From IMG/VR virus record IMGVR_UViG_3300037464_000047: a stretch of 64,000 nt of DNA; one strand, written 5' to 3'. Under the pieces are notes generated by a model. It saw nothing but the letters and a program-made list of their open reading frames with translations, was not told the DNA's origin and did not search any database. Shown in pieces: positions 1 through 9,093 of the stretch (position 1 is the first letter of the stretch; each line of letters begins with the position of its first letter). A program made the translations under genes and the position numbers. This stretch comes from a virus.

Positions 1-252
1 GCCGAGAACCGTCGATGGAGGCTCGGCCCGCCCACCACTACCCAGCGCCTGCGCGCGAACATCCACCAAGAACTTCGGCTCACGGAGATACCCCTGGGAG
101 ACATCGAGTACGAGCTCCCCCTTGACATCGAGCTGAGGGGCCTGCAACCCGCCGCCGAACGTAATTTCACCAACCCCCATACCCTTGAGCGCAATGAAGA
201 TTACGAAGACATTTTCGCTGCCTACGGCTTTCCTCGGGGGTCTCTGAGATGA
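1..252 (+). CDS. Partial CDS (C-terminus), probable virion neck/head-tail protein
   Basis: Frame 1 is open from the window edge (AENRRWRLG...YGFPRGSLR*). The stop overlaps the next ATG (ATGA), and it lies directly upstream of the tail genes. Function is inferred from context. Confidence 0.5.
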   Translation, partial: AENRRWRLGPPTTTQRLRANIHQELRLTEIPLGDIEYELPLDIELRGLQPAAERNFTNPHTLERNEDYEDIFAAYGFPRGSLR

Positions 253-485
253 GGACGGCACGTGAATTCCTTCTGGAGCTGACGCACCTGTTTCCTCCCA
301 AAAAGGCCGGTGTATCCCATGGCCTTCATTTGAACTCGGAGGGGAAGCTCTGCTTGGCGATTCTGACGACGCGAGGATTCTGGAGAGCTGTCTTCGATGA
401 GGGGGACTTCTTGACCGACCCTGCGCTCTTGGCTCAGCAGGTCAATGATGACCTCCGAAGGAATGGAGTCGAGCCCGGTGAATGA
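249..485 (+). CDS. Hypothetical protein (78 aa)
   Basis: ATGA-coupled to the upstream gene within the tail operon. Confidence 0.6.
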   Translation: MRTAREFLLELTHLFPPKKAGVSHGLHLNSEGKLCLAILTTRGFWRAVFDEGDFLTDPALLAQQVNDDLRRNGVEPGE

Positions 486-774
486 GACCTTTACAGCCTT
501 CGAGGACGAGTTCGTGAAGATCGCCGGAGAGCGGGCGGAGAAGGTCAAGCGTTGGGCTCGAAACACCGCCCTGATTGGCGCCGGCTATGGCCTGGGTCAA
601 GGCGTAGGCATGGTAGCCGACAAGGGCTTGGAGAAGGCCTTGGGTACGACGTGGCAGAACTGGAGTACTCCGACGAAGAAGAAGGTGATCGGGACGGCTC
701 TGGGCATCGCCACGGGCGGACTTCTTCTGTCGAGTCAGACACTCGCGCAGAAGCGACACGAGGCACAGCGATGA
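463..774 (+). CDS. Putative virion-internal protein with FEDEFVKIA motif and Gly-rich hydrophobic helices
   Basis: N-terminal AFEDEFVKIA motif is shared with the 56286 protein; two glycine-zipper-like segments; start is 463 or 445. Confidence 0.55.
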   Translation: MESSPVNETFTAFEDEFVKIAGERAEKVKRWARNTALIGAGYGLGQGVGMVADKGLEKALGTTWQNWSTPTKKKVIGTALGIATGGLLLSSQTLAQKRHEAQR

Positions 775-1499
775 GCCTTCGCGTCCCTTCAGGCCCTCCT
801 CAACCTCAAGGCTTCGGAGAAGATCCGCAGTACTACTTCACCGGCGTCTTCATCAAGTTCCTGCAGGCGCTTTTCGGAAGCTTCGAGAAAGGGAGCTATC
901 GGTGGGACGAGAACGACGAGACCACGGAAATCGTTATCTCGATGGAGCAGACGGTCTCTCGTGACGTGGTCGAACGACGACCCGTTATCCGGGTCATTCC
1001 AGGGGGCACGCAGAGCGCAAATCTCTCCTTGGATCAATTCCAGAGCCATGAACCCACCTCCTCACGGCGCAACCATACGGATCTGGAGTCCACGAGCGTC
1101 GTCTTCAATTGCTTGTCGAAGGCACCTGTAGAAGCGGGCCGCCTTGCACACATCTGCCGTATGTCAGTCCGCCGGTTGAAACGCACCCTCATGCGGACGG
1201 GCATCCACCAGGTGGGTGAGAACATTTCCATGAGTGGTATCGTGTCCCCCGGACCCATCATCCCTGACGCAGACGGGGAGATCTTCATGGTCGCGGTCCA
1301 GGTACCCTTCTACTACCAGGACTTCTGGTCCGTGGAGCCACTCGACAAAGCCCTTCTCACGAGCATGGATCTGGCCGTAACCTCTGCCCCCGGTACGACC
1401 GAACCCGAACGGGTGCCGTACACCTCCCTCTTCTCCCCTTCCGAGCGGGTCAGTGAGACTCTGAAGGCTCGATACCGTCGACTCGTCGACTTCAGCTAG
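771..1499 (+). CDS. Putative tail completion/terminator protein (242 aa)
   Basis: True start is ATG 771 (ATGA overlap). It lies immediately upstream of the sheath gene, the usual position for this gene. Confidence 0.55.
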   Translation: MSLRVPSGPPQPQGFGEDPQYYFTGVFIKFLQALFGSFEKGSYRWDENDETTEIVISMEQTVSRDVVERRPVIRVIPGGTQSANLSLDQFQSHEPTSSRRNHTDLESTSVVFNCLSKAPVEAGRLAHICRMSVRRLKRTLMRTGIHQVGENISMSGIVSPGPIIPDADGEIFMVAVQVPFYYQDFWSVEPLDKALLTSMDLAVTSAPGTTEPERVPYTSLFSPSERVSETLKARYRRLVDFS

Positions 1500-1516
1500 G
1501 AAAACAAGGAACTTGC

Positions 1517-4500
1517 ATGGCCACCATCGGAGAGATCAAGAAGCCCGACGTCGAGGTATCGACCCAGGCGAAGACCCAGACCCCTACCTTCATCCGTCCC
1601 CGGCTCGTTCCATGTGCTGTGGGGACGGCATTCGAGGTGGTCAACGTCCTGAGCCGTGACGGGGCCATCAACTCGAAGGCGAAGTACGGGCGGTATGACC
1701 AGCTCGGGATGCGAATCATCCAGACCCGCTTCCCCGACCCCCGCGCCAACATCGAGGAGCTGAACATCGTCGAGAGCTCCATCCGGCCGTTCCTCCTCGC
1801 GGGGAACCGGCTGTCGGAGCTCCGGATGAATCCGGGGGAAGCCTTCCTCTCGACCAGCCACGGTGCGAGTCGGGCGGCCATTCGCACGAAGGCCTTCGGG
1901 GCAGCAGGACTCGCTCTCGACGGCCTCACGCTCGTCTTCGCCGTGGACCAGACGGTGGCGACCGACACCACCATCGATCTCGTCGTGACCTTCGAAGGTC
2001 CTGGAAACCTCACCCCTGAGCAGGCGGCTGAGCAGATCAACGCGGTGGCCGGGCAGGAGTTCGCGAGCGTGGTGGGTACGGCGCCCAACGCCCAGGTGGA
2101 GATCGCCTCGACCACGTATGGTGCGCGCAGCTCCGTCACCATCCGCTCGGGGGGCTCGGCCAACGACGTCCTGGAGATCGGCTTCGCCTCAGGCTCGGCC
2201 GCGCACGAAGAGCGCGTCGAGGGTTCGGGCTACCGGGGTCAGGACGACCGGGACAACGACACGCTCACCCCGTGGATCGAGTTCTACCGAGGTGACTACC
2301 TTCTCGATGGCGTGGCCACGGCGTTTCCCGCGAAGGCCGGCCTGCGCAACATCGAGACCGGAGTCTTCTCCAACATCAAGGCGCCTCCCGTGACCTTCGG
2401 GGACACGGGCACGCTACCGATCAAGCCGGGGGACCAGTTCTTCACGGACGGCGCCCGCCTCAATGGGGGTGAGATCATGCGGGTGGAGGCCGCCCGTTTC
2501 CGAGTCGGCACGGTGAGCCCGACCCAATCCCAGGTGGACAGCGCGGGTCGCTACACCCGGAAGGTCTATGATCCTGTCGAGGTCCGGACTCTGTTCGACG
2601 TGAGCCCGTTCGCGCCCCAGTACGTCTACTTCATGGCCACGGGCCTGGACGTAAAGAGGGTGACGCCCACGGCGGCCGTGGAGATCGGCTCGGTGGCGGG
2701 CACGGCCGCGAAGCCGGCTTACGTGCAGTCGACCCTGGGGGCGGACATCGTCTCTCTCGCCCTCGCAGGCCTCAAGCTGCACTACATCGTGACCGAGGAC
2801 GGCGTGGAGACGGAGGGAACCCTCACCTTCACCGGCGGTCCCTACACGGCGATGTCCCAGGTGGTGGATGCCCTGGAGGGGAGTATCCCGGGCGTGCTCG
2901 CGAGCGTGCAGGAGGTAAGCGCGGTCGACCAGCTCCGCCTCACCACCCTGCGCACCGGGCGCAACGAGCGCCTCGTGCTCAAGGCGGACGGGTCCGCCAA
3001 TGCCCTGCTCGGCTTCTCCGCCAGCTCGGACACGGATTCGGACCTCGACATCGCGCCGAGCGTGCAGCGCGGGCGCGATGTGGAATTCGCCGGCCTCGCC
3101 GGCACCACCCTGAGCTTCACCTTCAACGGCAACCCCCATGTCTACGCGGTCACCCTCCTCTCCAACAGCCTGGACGAGGCCGTGGCCGAGACGAACGAGG
3201 TCGTGGGCGCCTCCGTCGCGAGCAAGGGCGGCGCGGGCGCGGCCAGCTTCCGGCTCACCTCTCCGCTCAAGGGGAGCGCGTCGGTGGTGGAGGTCCGGGC
3301 CACGGGAGGCGCTCAGGCCATCTTCGGGTTGAGCACCACGCGCCAGGTGGGTGCCGGCCGGCCACAGCCGGAGGCCTATCTCGATGAGACGGGCGCCCTC
3401 GTGCTCAGCGCCGAGCTCCTGCGCGACCAGGTCACGGGCCACCCCCTGGACCATACGAGCGAGCAGGGGATCCTCTACCTGCAATACCGCGCGCTGCGCC
3501 GAGACGTGACGGCCGTGGCGGCGGATGCCCGGATCCTCACCCTCTCCGACGTGGAGACCCTGGAGGCCGTCCTCGACCCCATCACCGAGGAGAACCCTCT
3601 AGGCCTGGCGGCCTTCCTCATGATGCTCAATGCCCCCCGGCACCAGGTGAAGCTGCTGGGCGTGGACGAGGTGTCGGCCGGGGCCCCGGAGGGCACCGAG
3701 TCCGCCTGGGCGCGGGCGGCGGGGCTGCTGGAGACCCAGGAGGTCTACGCCATCGCCCCCATGACCCGCCACGATGCCGTCCATAATCTCTGGGCCATGC
3801 ACGTCTCGGTGGTTTCGGACGCGGAGCAGAAGGGCGAGCGCATCGTCTTCATCAACAAGGACCTGCCGACCCGGGAGGCCTCCAAGGTTGCGGCCTCGGG
3901 GCCTCAGTCCAACAGCACGGCGACGGCGGGCCAGCTTCTGCTCGATGCCAACCCTGCCTCGGGGCTGCTTACCCTCGGGGTGAGCCCCCTGGGTCCGCTT
4001 CCGGTGAGCAAGGGCGTGTACCTGGAAGTGGACCTGGGAGTCGCGGTGCGGCGCTACAGCATCGCGAGCTTCACGGGCTCGCTCGTCAACCTGCGCCTGG
4101 CCTTCACCGGTGAGGAGAACGTGGACGGGTTCTACAACACGGAGGCGCTCCCGGGCTCGGTCATCAACGCCGCCTGGTCCGTCAAGGTCCGGGGGCCTGC
4201 CCTCACCATCCCGGGAGCGAGTCCCGCACGCCTGGACTACGATCGCATGGCCGAGGCCGTGGCCCAGGGCAGCGCGGGCTACATGAACGAGCGTGTGGTC
4301 TCCGTCTTCCCTCATGAAATCGTCCTGCCCGTGAACGGGACCGACCGCGTGCTGCCGGGCTACTACGCCTGCGCCATGTTGGCGGGGCAGGTCGCGTCTC
4401 AGCCGGCGCAGCAGGGCTTCACGAACCTCGCCCTGACGGGCATCACCGGTGTGCCTCTCACTGGGCCGGACACGAAGTTCACGCAGAACATGCTCAACCG

Positions 4501-4888
4501 GATCGCTGGGGGAGGCATCCTCACCCTCGTCCAAGAAACGGAGAACGGTGCGGTCACCATCCGCCACCAGCTCACCACCGACGTCCGCACCAAGGAGAGC
4601 CGTGAGCTCTCCATCATCAAGTCCCTCGACTACGCGCGCAAGTTTTACCGCCAGGGAATGCGTCGGTTCATCGGGACGAACAACGTCACGGACCGCAACT
4701 TCATGGACAACCTGAGCATGGCCATCGAAGGGATGCACAAGTACCTCACCGAGAACGAGAACGTGCTCAAGAGCGTACGGACGCTGAAGCTGCTCCAGGA
4801 TCCGGATGAGCCTGATCGCGTCGCGCTGCGTGTCCGAGGTGAGCCCCACATCCCCTGCAACGGCATCGACATGACGATCCTCGTCTGA
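1517..4888 (+). CDS. Contractile tail sheath protein (1123 aa)
   Basis: C-terminal sheath-like region (YYACAMLAGQVASQPAQQGFTN...VTIRHQLTTD...ELSIIKSLDY...PCNGIDMTILV), followed by a tube-sized gene. Confidence 0.85.
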   Translation: MATIGEIKKPDVEVSTQAKTQTPTFIRPRLVPCAVGTAFEVVNVLSRDGAINSKAKYGRYDQLGMRIIQTRFPDPRANIEELNIVESSIRPFLLAGNRLSELRMNPGEAFLSTSHGASRAAIRTKAFGAAGLALDGLTLVFAVDQTVATDTTIDLVVTFEGPGNLTPEQAAEQINAVAGQEFASVVGTAPNAQVEIASTTYGARSSVTIRSGGSANDVLEIGFASGSAAHEERVEGSGYRGQDDRDNDTLTPWIEFYRGDYLLDGVATAFPAKAGLRNIETGVFSNIKAPPVTFGDTGTLPIKPGDQFFTDGARLNGGEIMRVEAARFRVGTVSPTQSQVDSAGRYTRKVYDPVEVRTLFDVSPFAPQYVYFMATGLDVKRVTPTAAVEIGSVAGTAAKPAYVQSTLGADIVSLALAGLKLHYIVTEDGVETEGTLTFTGGPYTAMSQVVDALEGSIPGVLASVQEVSAVDQLRLTTLRTGRNERLVLKADGSANALLGFSASSDTDSDLDIAPSVQRGRDVEFAGLAGTTLSFTFNGNPHVYAVTLLSNSLDEAVAETNEVVGASVASKGGAGAASFRLTSPLKGSASVVEVRATGGAQAIFGLSTTRQVGAGRPQPEAYLDETGALVLSAELLRDQVTGHPLDHTSEQGILYLQYRALRRDVTAVAADARILTLSDVETLEAVLDPITEENPLGLAAFLMMLNAPRHQVKLLGVDEVSAGAPEGTESAWARAAGLLETQEVYAIAPMTRHDAVHNLWAMHVSVVSDAEQKGERIVFINKDLPTREASKVAASGPQSNSTATAGQLLLDANPASGLLTLGVSPLGPLPVSKGVYLEVDLGVAVRRYSIASFTGSLVNLRLAFTGEENVDGFYNTEALPGSVINAAWSVKVRGPALTIPGASPARLDYDRMAEAVAQGSAGYMNERVVSVFPHEIVLPVNGTDRVLPGYYACAMLAGQVASQPAQQGFTNLALTGITGVPLTGPDTKFTQNMLNRIAGGGILTLVQETENGAVTIRHQLTTDVRTKESRELSIIKSLDYARKFYRQGMRRFIGTNNVTDRNFMDNLSMAIEGMHKYLTENENVLKSVRTLKLLQDPDEPDRVALRVRGEPHIPCNGIDMTILV

Positions 4889-4919
4889 CGAGGGCCCCTT
4901 TTCAAACGAGGACACCACC

Positions 4920-5639
4920 ATGACGAGTCTGACGAACTGGAATCCGTACGAGCACAAGGTCGACAACGGCACGAAGGAGGGCCGTTTCGCATCGGGTGCG
5001 TTCACGATGATCGCGGCGGGCCCTCCGCGCCTGGCGGCCATTGGCGGTGCGCTGGGGGCGGCTGCGCTCTCCGGCGGCGGCTCCCCGCTCTCGCAGTGGG
5101 CCCTGCCCGTGGGGGCCATTCAGAGCATGAACATGTCCCAGAACAAGGGCTTCGCCCGCTTCTGGGAGCTGGGCAGCGAGCGCAGCTACTTCATCGCGCA
5201 GCGCACCATGGGGCAGATCGGCCTGGGCCGTATCTACTACCACGGGCCCTCGCTGCTCCGAGTTCTCTACTCGTTCTACCTGGACCTCATCGCGCCCACG
5301 CTGGTGCCCACCTTCGGTGTGGACCCCACCATCATGGAGCGGGTGGCGAACCAGCATGACGTGAAGATCCCCCCGGGCTTCGAGAACATCTACCTCAACC
5401 TGGCCTCGGACCTCTTCAGCCAGCCCACGGGCCTGCTCATCTACCAGAAGGACTCCAACGAGAACACGCTCGGGGCCGTCTACGCCGAGGAGTGCTATGT
5501 CCCCTCGCACTCCATCGCCACGGACGCCCAGGGGGTCATCGTCCAGGAGCAGGTCGGCCTGCAGTACGAGCGCCTGGTGCCTGTGGCGATCCCCTCGGTG
5601 GCGCTCGTGACGGGGGCGTTGGACGCAGCTCTGGCGTAG
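4920..5639 (+). CDS. Tail tube protein (239 aa)
   Basis: Follows the sheath gene; has RBS GAGGA; beta-rich with QSMNMSQNK...WELGSERSYF pattern. Confidence 0.7.
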   Translation: MTSLTNWNPYEHKVDNGTKEGRFASGAFTMIAAGPPRLAAIGGALGAAALSGGGSPLSQWALPVGAIQSMNMSQNKGFARFWELGSERSYFIAQRTMGQIGLGRIYYHGPSLLRVLYSFYLDLIAPTLVPTFGVDPTIMERVANQHDVKIPPGFENIYLNLASDLFSQPTGLLIYQKDSNENTLGAVYAEECYVPSHSIATDAQGVIVQEQVGLQYERLVPVAIPSVALVTGALDAALA

Positions 5640-5722
5640 TTGACGACCGAGTCTTCGGTGAGCAGAGTTGAGTTGCGACCCACGGGCCTCTGCGCTCTCG
5701 CCCCCTGCTCGGTCTGAGAGGT

Positions 5723-5763
5723 AAAAAGAAGGGGGCGGCCTCTTGAAGAGGCCGCCCCCTTCT
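5723..5763 (-). terminator. Intrinsic terminator, probably bidirectional
   Basis: 17-bp perfect stem AGAAGGGGGCGGCCTCT/AGAGGCCGCCCCCTTCT with an A-tract, between convergent genes. Confidence 0.85.
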
Positions 5764-5777
5764 GCGTCAGCCCCTTA

Positions 5778-6017
5778 CTACCTCCGGGGCGGCGCCTTTA
5801 CGGCCGGCGCACTCGCGCCCCCGAAGAAGGGCCCGAACTCCTTCCCGACGTTGGCCCCGGTGAGGCTGGCCAAGACCCGCGCCCAGCTCCCGTCGTTGCT
5901 CGGATGCTTCGGGTCGGTGATGGCCGGCCCCCGGCGTTTCTCCAGCGGTTCGCAGTCCCCGCGCGTCGCCGCATGGGTGTTACCGCACTCCGAGCACTTC
6001 CTGTTGCTCTCCGCCAT
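5778..6017 (-). CDS. Small Zn-ribbon protein
   Basis: CSECG...H...C motif; RBS GGAGG. Confidence 0.6.
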   Translation of the reverse strand: MAESNRKCSECGNTHAATRGDCEPLEKRRGPAITDPKHPSNDGSWARVLASLTGANVGKEFGPFFGGASAPAVKAPPRR

Positions 6018-6059
6018 GGTGTGCTTCCTCCTGAGAGATGAACTGCGTCTACAGGTCTC

Positions 6060-6509
6060 TTATCTCCGATTCCTGTCGAGTTCTTCCTTATAGGCCTCCA
6101 ACGCCTGGCGCACCGAAGGCAGGAGCGGAAGCTCGAAAGCGTCACCCAACGTGAAGAACTCCCAAGGCCCGAGGTTCTCCTCCTCGTCAGGAGGAACCAC
6201 CGGAGACAAACCCTCCGCAAGCTCCACGTAGAACTCATGAACCTCACGCGGCTCCCGGTCGTTCAGGACCTGGAAGACGCCGAGCTTGCGCAGCTCCCCG
6301 AGCATGAGCCGAACCTGGCCCTCCTCCCAGGCCTCACGCAGCACGGTTTGCTCGGGCGTCTCACCCAGCTCCACGCCTCCACCCAGGTCGCAGTAGAACC
6401 CAGGCATGGGCTTCTCCTGGTTCACCCGCTTGGCCAAGAAGACACCTGGTCCTCGAACAAGGAGGACTCCGGCCACCAGCTTGGGCTTCATCTCTGCCGA
6501 CGTTTCCAT
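6060..6509 (-). CDS. NUDIX hydrolase
   Basis: Nudix box GGGVELGETPEQTVLREAWEEG. Confidence 0.9.
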   Translation of the reverse strand: METSAEMKPKLVAGVLLVRGPGVFLAKRVNQEKPMPGFYCDLGGGVELGETPEQTVLREAWEEGQVRLMLGELRKLGVFQVLNDREPREVHEFYVELAEGLSPVVPPDEEENLGPWEFFTLGDAFELPLLPSVRQALEAYKEELDRNRR

Positions 6510-6524
6510 GTAGGTCTCCCAATG

Positions 6525-6553
6525 AAAAAGGCGCCCTCGACGAAGGCGCCTCC
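6525..6553 (-). terminator. Intrinsic terminator after csp
   Basis: GGCGCC(T/C)TCG stem followed by T5 on the minus strand. Confidence 0.7.
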
Positions 6554-6580
6554 GGTCTTACATCGCTGCTTCGAGACGGG

Positions 6581-6793
6581 CTACTCCGGGGAGCGGGTCA
6601 CCTTCGCCGCCTGCGAACCCTTGCGCCCCTGCACGATCTCGAACTCCACCCGCTCCCCCTGCTTCAGGGTCCGGAAGCCCGGCATGATGATGGCGGTGTG
6701 ATGAACGAAGATGTCGTTCCCCCCATCATCCGATTCAATGAACCCGAACCCCTTCACTCCGCTGAACCACTTCACAGTACCAGTAGTCGTCAT
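6581..6793 (-). CDS. csp: Cold-shock protein (CSD, 70 aa)
   Basis: GTVKWF, KGFGFI (RNP1) and IFVHHTAI (RNP2); start ATG 6793 with GAGGA RBS. Confidence 0.95.
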   Translation of the reverse strand: MTTTGTVKWFSGVKGFGFIESDDGGNDIFVHHTAIIMPGFRTLKQGERVEFEIVQGRKGSQAAKVTRSPE

Positions 6794-6855
6794 CGCATCC
6801 TCGGTTTCACCTGGAGCTCCAGGCGCGCACATTGTCTGGACGCTCCCCCCTGTAC

Positions 6856-6894
6856 AAAGAAAAGGGCGGCCACCTCCGAGGAGATGACCGCCCT
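6856..6894 (-). terminator. Intrinsic terminator upstream of csp
   Basis: 14-bp stem (with G-U pairs) followed by TTTTCTTT on the minus strand. Confidence 0.7.
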
Positions 6895-6930
6895 GTGTTC
6901 TCCTACCTTATCCCACGAATCCTGCGTGGA

Positions 6931-7809
6931 CTACGCGGAGGGCCGGTTCAGCGGCACCGGGGCCACCGGGGGGACCGGCTGGGCCGGGCGCGCGGGCGTG
7001 GTCGCCACCGGGGGGGTGGGCTGCGCGGGGCGCGCGGGCGCTGCCGCGACCTGGTCGCTCACGGCCACCTGAACCGGGGAGGACGGCGCCTCGTCGGTGG
7101 GGGGCACGTCGTTCCCCTCGCTGGGCTCGCCCTGGGGCTCGACGCTGTCCTGCTCACTGGCCGTGCTGGCACGCGTCATGATCTCCTGCCCCATCTCGAT
7201 CTCCGCGAACTCGTAGTCGAGCTCGGCGTCCAGCCGGCCGACGAGCTTCGTGAGGATGCCGTCGAGCTGAGCGGTCACCTGCTGGCCGCTCTGGAGCGAC
7301 CCGTTCACAGAGGAGGCATACGGGTCCGCCGGGAAGATGGTGGACTGCGCCAGGCCCTGACGGATGCTGACGAGGCCATGGATGTGGGCCTGAAGCATGT
7401 CGAGACGGGAGGGCTCCGGACGGAGACGTCCACGACCCAGGTTATAACCCCTGCCCCCGATCATGGAGGCCTCGGCCAGGTACTCCCCGGCCTGGGCACC
7501 GACGACCGCCGCCCGAGCCAGACGAGACGAGTCCTCGCGGGTCTCGCCCACACGTCCGCTTTCCACGGCCTTCTTCATCCTGCGCCCGCCCCGCCCGGTC
7601 GCCGGGGCATTGGCGACGATCTTCTCGACCTGCGCGCCCTCCTTCTGGCGCTGGGCCTGCAGGCCCTTGATGACGTCCGCGTCCTTGAAGATCTTCTTCT
7701 CGTGGGTGGTCCAGGGACCCTGCGGCTTCTTCTTCAGGAGCGTCTCCGCATCCTTCAGAGTCTGGCGCTGCTCCTTGGTGAGGCTCCGATCGTATTGTCC
7801 GCGTCCCAT
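6931..7809 (-). CDS. Hypothetical protein with Pro/Ala-rich repetitive C-terminus
   Basis: Likely start MGRGQY at 7809; C-terminal PARPAQP repeated twice. Confidence 0.7.
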   Translation of the reverse strand: MGRGQYDRSLTKEQRQTLKDAETLLKKKPQGPWTTHEKKIFKDADVIKGLQAQRQKEGAQVEKIVANAPATGRGGRRMKKAVESGRVGETREDSSRLARAAVVGAQAGEYLAEASMIGGRGYNLGRGRLRPEPSRLDMLQAHIHGLVSIRQGLAQSTIFPADPYASSVNGSLQSGQQVTAQLDGILTKLVGRLDAELDYEFAEIEMGQEIMTRASTASEQDSVEPQGEPSEGNDVPPTDEAPSSPVQVAVSDQVAAAPARPAQPTPPVATTPARPAQPVPPVAPVPLNRPSA

Positions 7810-7904
7810 GGTCTCGCTCTCTTTCGAAAAGTGCGTCAAGAGTTCTTCAAGAACCCTAGAGAGCATCTTGCATCCAAATCGTATGAATGCAACCCCTCTT
7901 CGAT

Positions 7905-8099
7905 TCAAAAGAGCTTTTTTCGTGAAGAGATCTCATCCGCGTCGGCTTTTTGCCTCATTTCGGTGAGCATTTCGTCGATGATGTCCCCCATTGAAGTACT
8001 CTTCCCGTACTTATCCTTGAATTCCTGCTTCAGGCTCTCCAGGAAGTGCTTGTTCTCGGGTCGGACCCAGACTTCGAGGCGGGAGGTCTTCTCGGACAT
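7905..8099 (-). CDS. Putative ribbon-helix-helix DNA-binding protein (64 aa)
   Basis: SRLEVWVRPENKHFLESLK...SMGDIIDEML strand-helix-helix pattern. Confidence 0.55.
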   Translation of the reverse strand: MSEKTSRLEVWVRPENKHFLESLKQEFKDKYGKSTSMGDIIDEMLTEMRQKADADEISSRKKLF

Positions 8100-8167
8100 G
8101 GTGTTCCTGTGTTCTGATTCCCGAGGGAAGGAAGAAATCGACTTCTCCGAAAGTTGGGCCGACGACC

Positions 8168-8497
8168 ATGACATCTCCGAAGCAGGCAGAGAAGGGTCAA
8201 CCTCTGTTGATCGAGGACCGAGCAAGCGACGAGCGGCCCCCCGTCGAGGCACTTCTAGAGCTCGGGATGACTGCCTACCACGCTCTTCGGACGATGGGCG
8301 TGGTCGTTTTGATCGTCGACCCCCTCCACCGTGTAAAGCTACTGCCTCGCGAGAGCGTGGCACTGCAGCCCGGTGAACTTCTTTCGGATGAGGATTTAGA
8401 CTCAGTCACCGAGGATCAAGCCATCGAGGCCCTGGTCACGGAGGGCCGTCCCGAAGACGGTATCATGCAGTACCTCGCAAGAAGGAAGGTCCGATAG
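8168..8497 (+). CDS. Hypothetical protein
   Basis: First of three coupled + strand ORFs. Confidence 0.6.
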   Translation: MTSPKQAEKGQPLLIEDRASDERPPVEALLELGMTAYHALRTMGVVVLIVDPLHRVKLLPRESVALQPGELLSDEDLDSVTEDQAIEALVTEGRPEDGIMQYLARRKVR

Positions 8498-8498
8498 C

Positions 8499-8738
8499 AT
8501 GACCCCGAAACGTATCTCCATCTGCGACCGCTTCCCTTGCCGAGTGCTCCACGGGGCAATCGAGACCTTCCTCGTGCCCGATCCCGAGCATGACAAGTTC
8601 ACGTTTGTGACCCCGTCCAAGATTCCTGGGACGGCGCCTATCTTGGTGTACCTGGACTACTGCTTCTCATGCGGCACGCGAATCGACCCCGACTGGGTCC
8701 GCGAAGAACGTCAGCGACGTGCCCGGAGAAGAGCATGA
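8499..8738 (+). CDS. Hypothetical protein, Cys-containing
   Basis: Coupled ORF; YCFSCG motif. Confidence 0.6.
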   Translation: MTPKRISICDRFPCRVLHGAIETFLVPDPEHDKFTFVTPSKIPGTAPILVYLDYCFSCGTRIDPDWVREERQRRARRRA

Positions 8739-9055
8739 ACAGTGTGGCCGGAGAGGCCCATGGCATCTCGCTCCCGCTCTTCTCCCTCATGCAGGACCTG
8801 GAGGGACGAGGTCCGTCAGAAGCGTCGCAGAAGGCCTGGGAAGGGCTTCGCTGCCTGAGGTTGGGGGAAGACGTGAGTGTGCAGATCGTCTTCGATGGAC
8901 CAGACACAGGCATCTCCCTCATTTCCGCCTCCCCCTTTGGATCCCTGGTTCTGGAGGAACTTCGAGCCCGGGGCGAGTTTCCTCCTTGCGAACGTGGTAG
9001 TTGCGAGCCGGACCACCAAGGCGTTTGCCAGTGGTGCGCGCGCTCTGAGAGCTAA
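8735..9055 (+). CDS. Hypothetical protein with C-terminal Cys/His cluster
   Basis: ATGA-coupled start at 8735. Confidence 0.6.
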   Translation: MNSVAGEAHGISLPLFSLMQDLEGRGPSEASQKAWEGLRCLRLGEDVSVQIVFDGPDTGISLISASPFGSLVLEELRARGEFPPCERGSCEPDHQGVCQWCARSES

Positions 9056-9093
9056 GCGAACGAGGCATTCAGCCTCGCCCGGAAAAGAGAAGG

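Noticed and set aside
3599-5119. Long antisense or alternative-frame ORFs (also 2414-3484, 6832-8376, 50548-51819, 55995-57059, 62199-63545 and many others)
   Set aside because: These are shadow ORFs typical of high-GC coding DNA. They overlap well-supported genes and lack RBS or protein-like composition.
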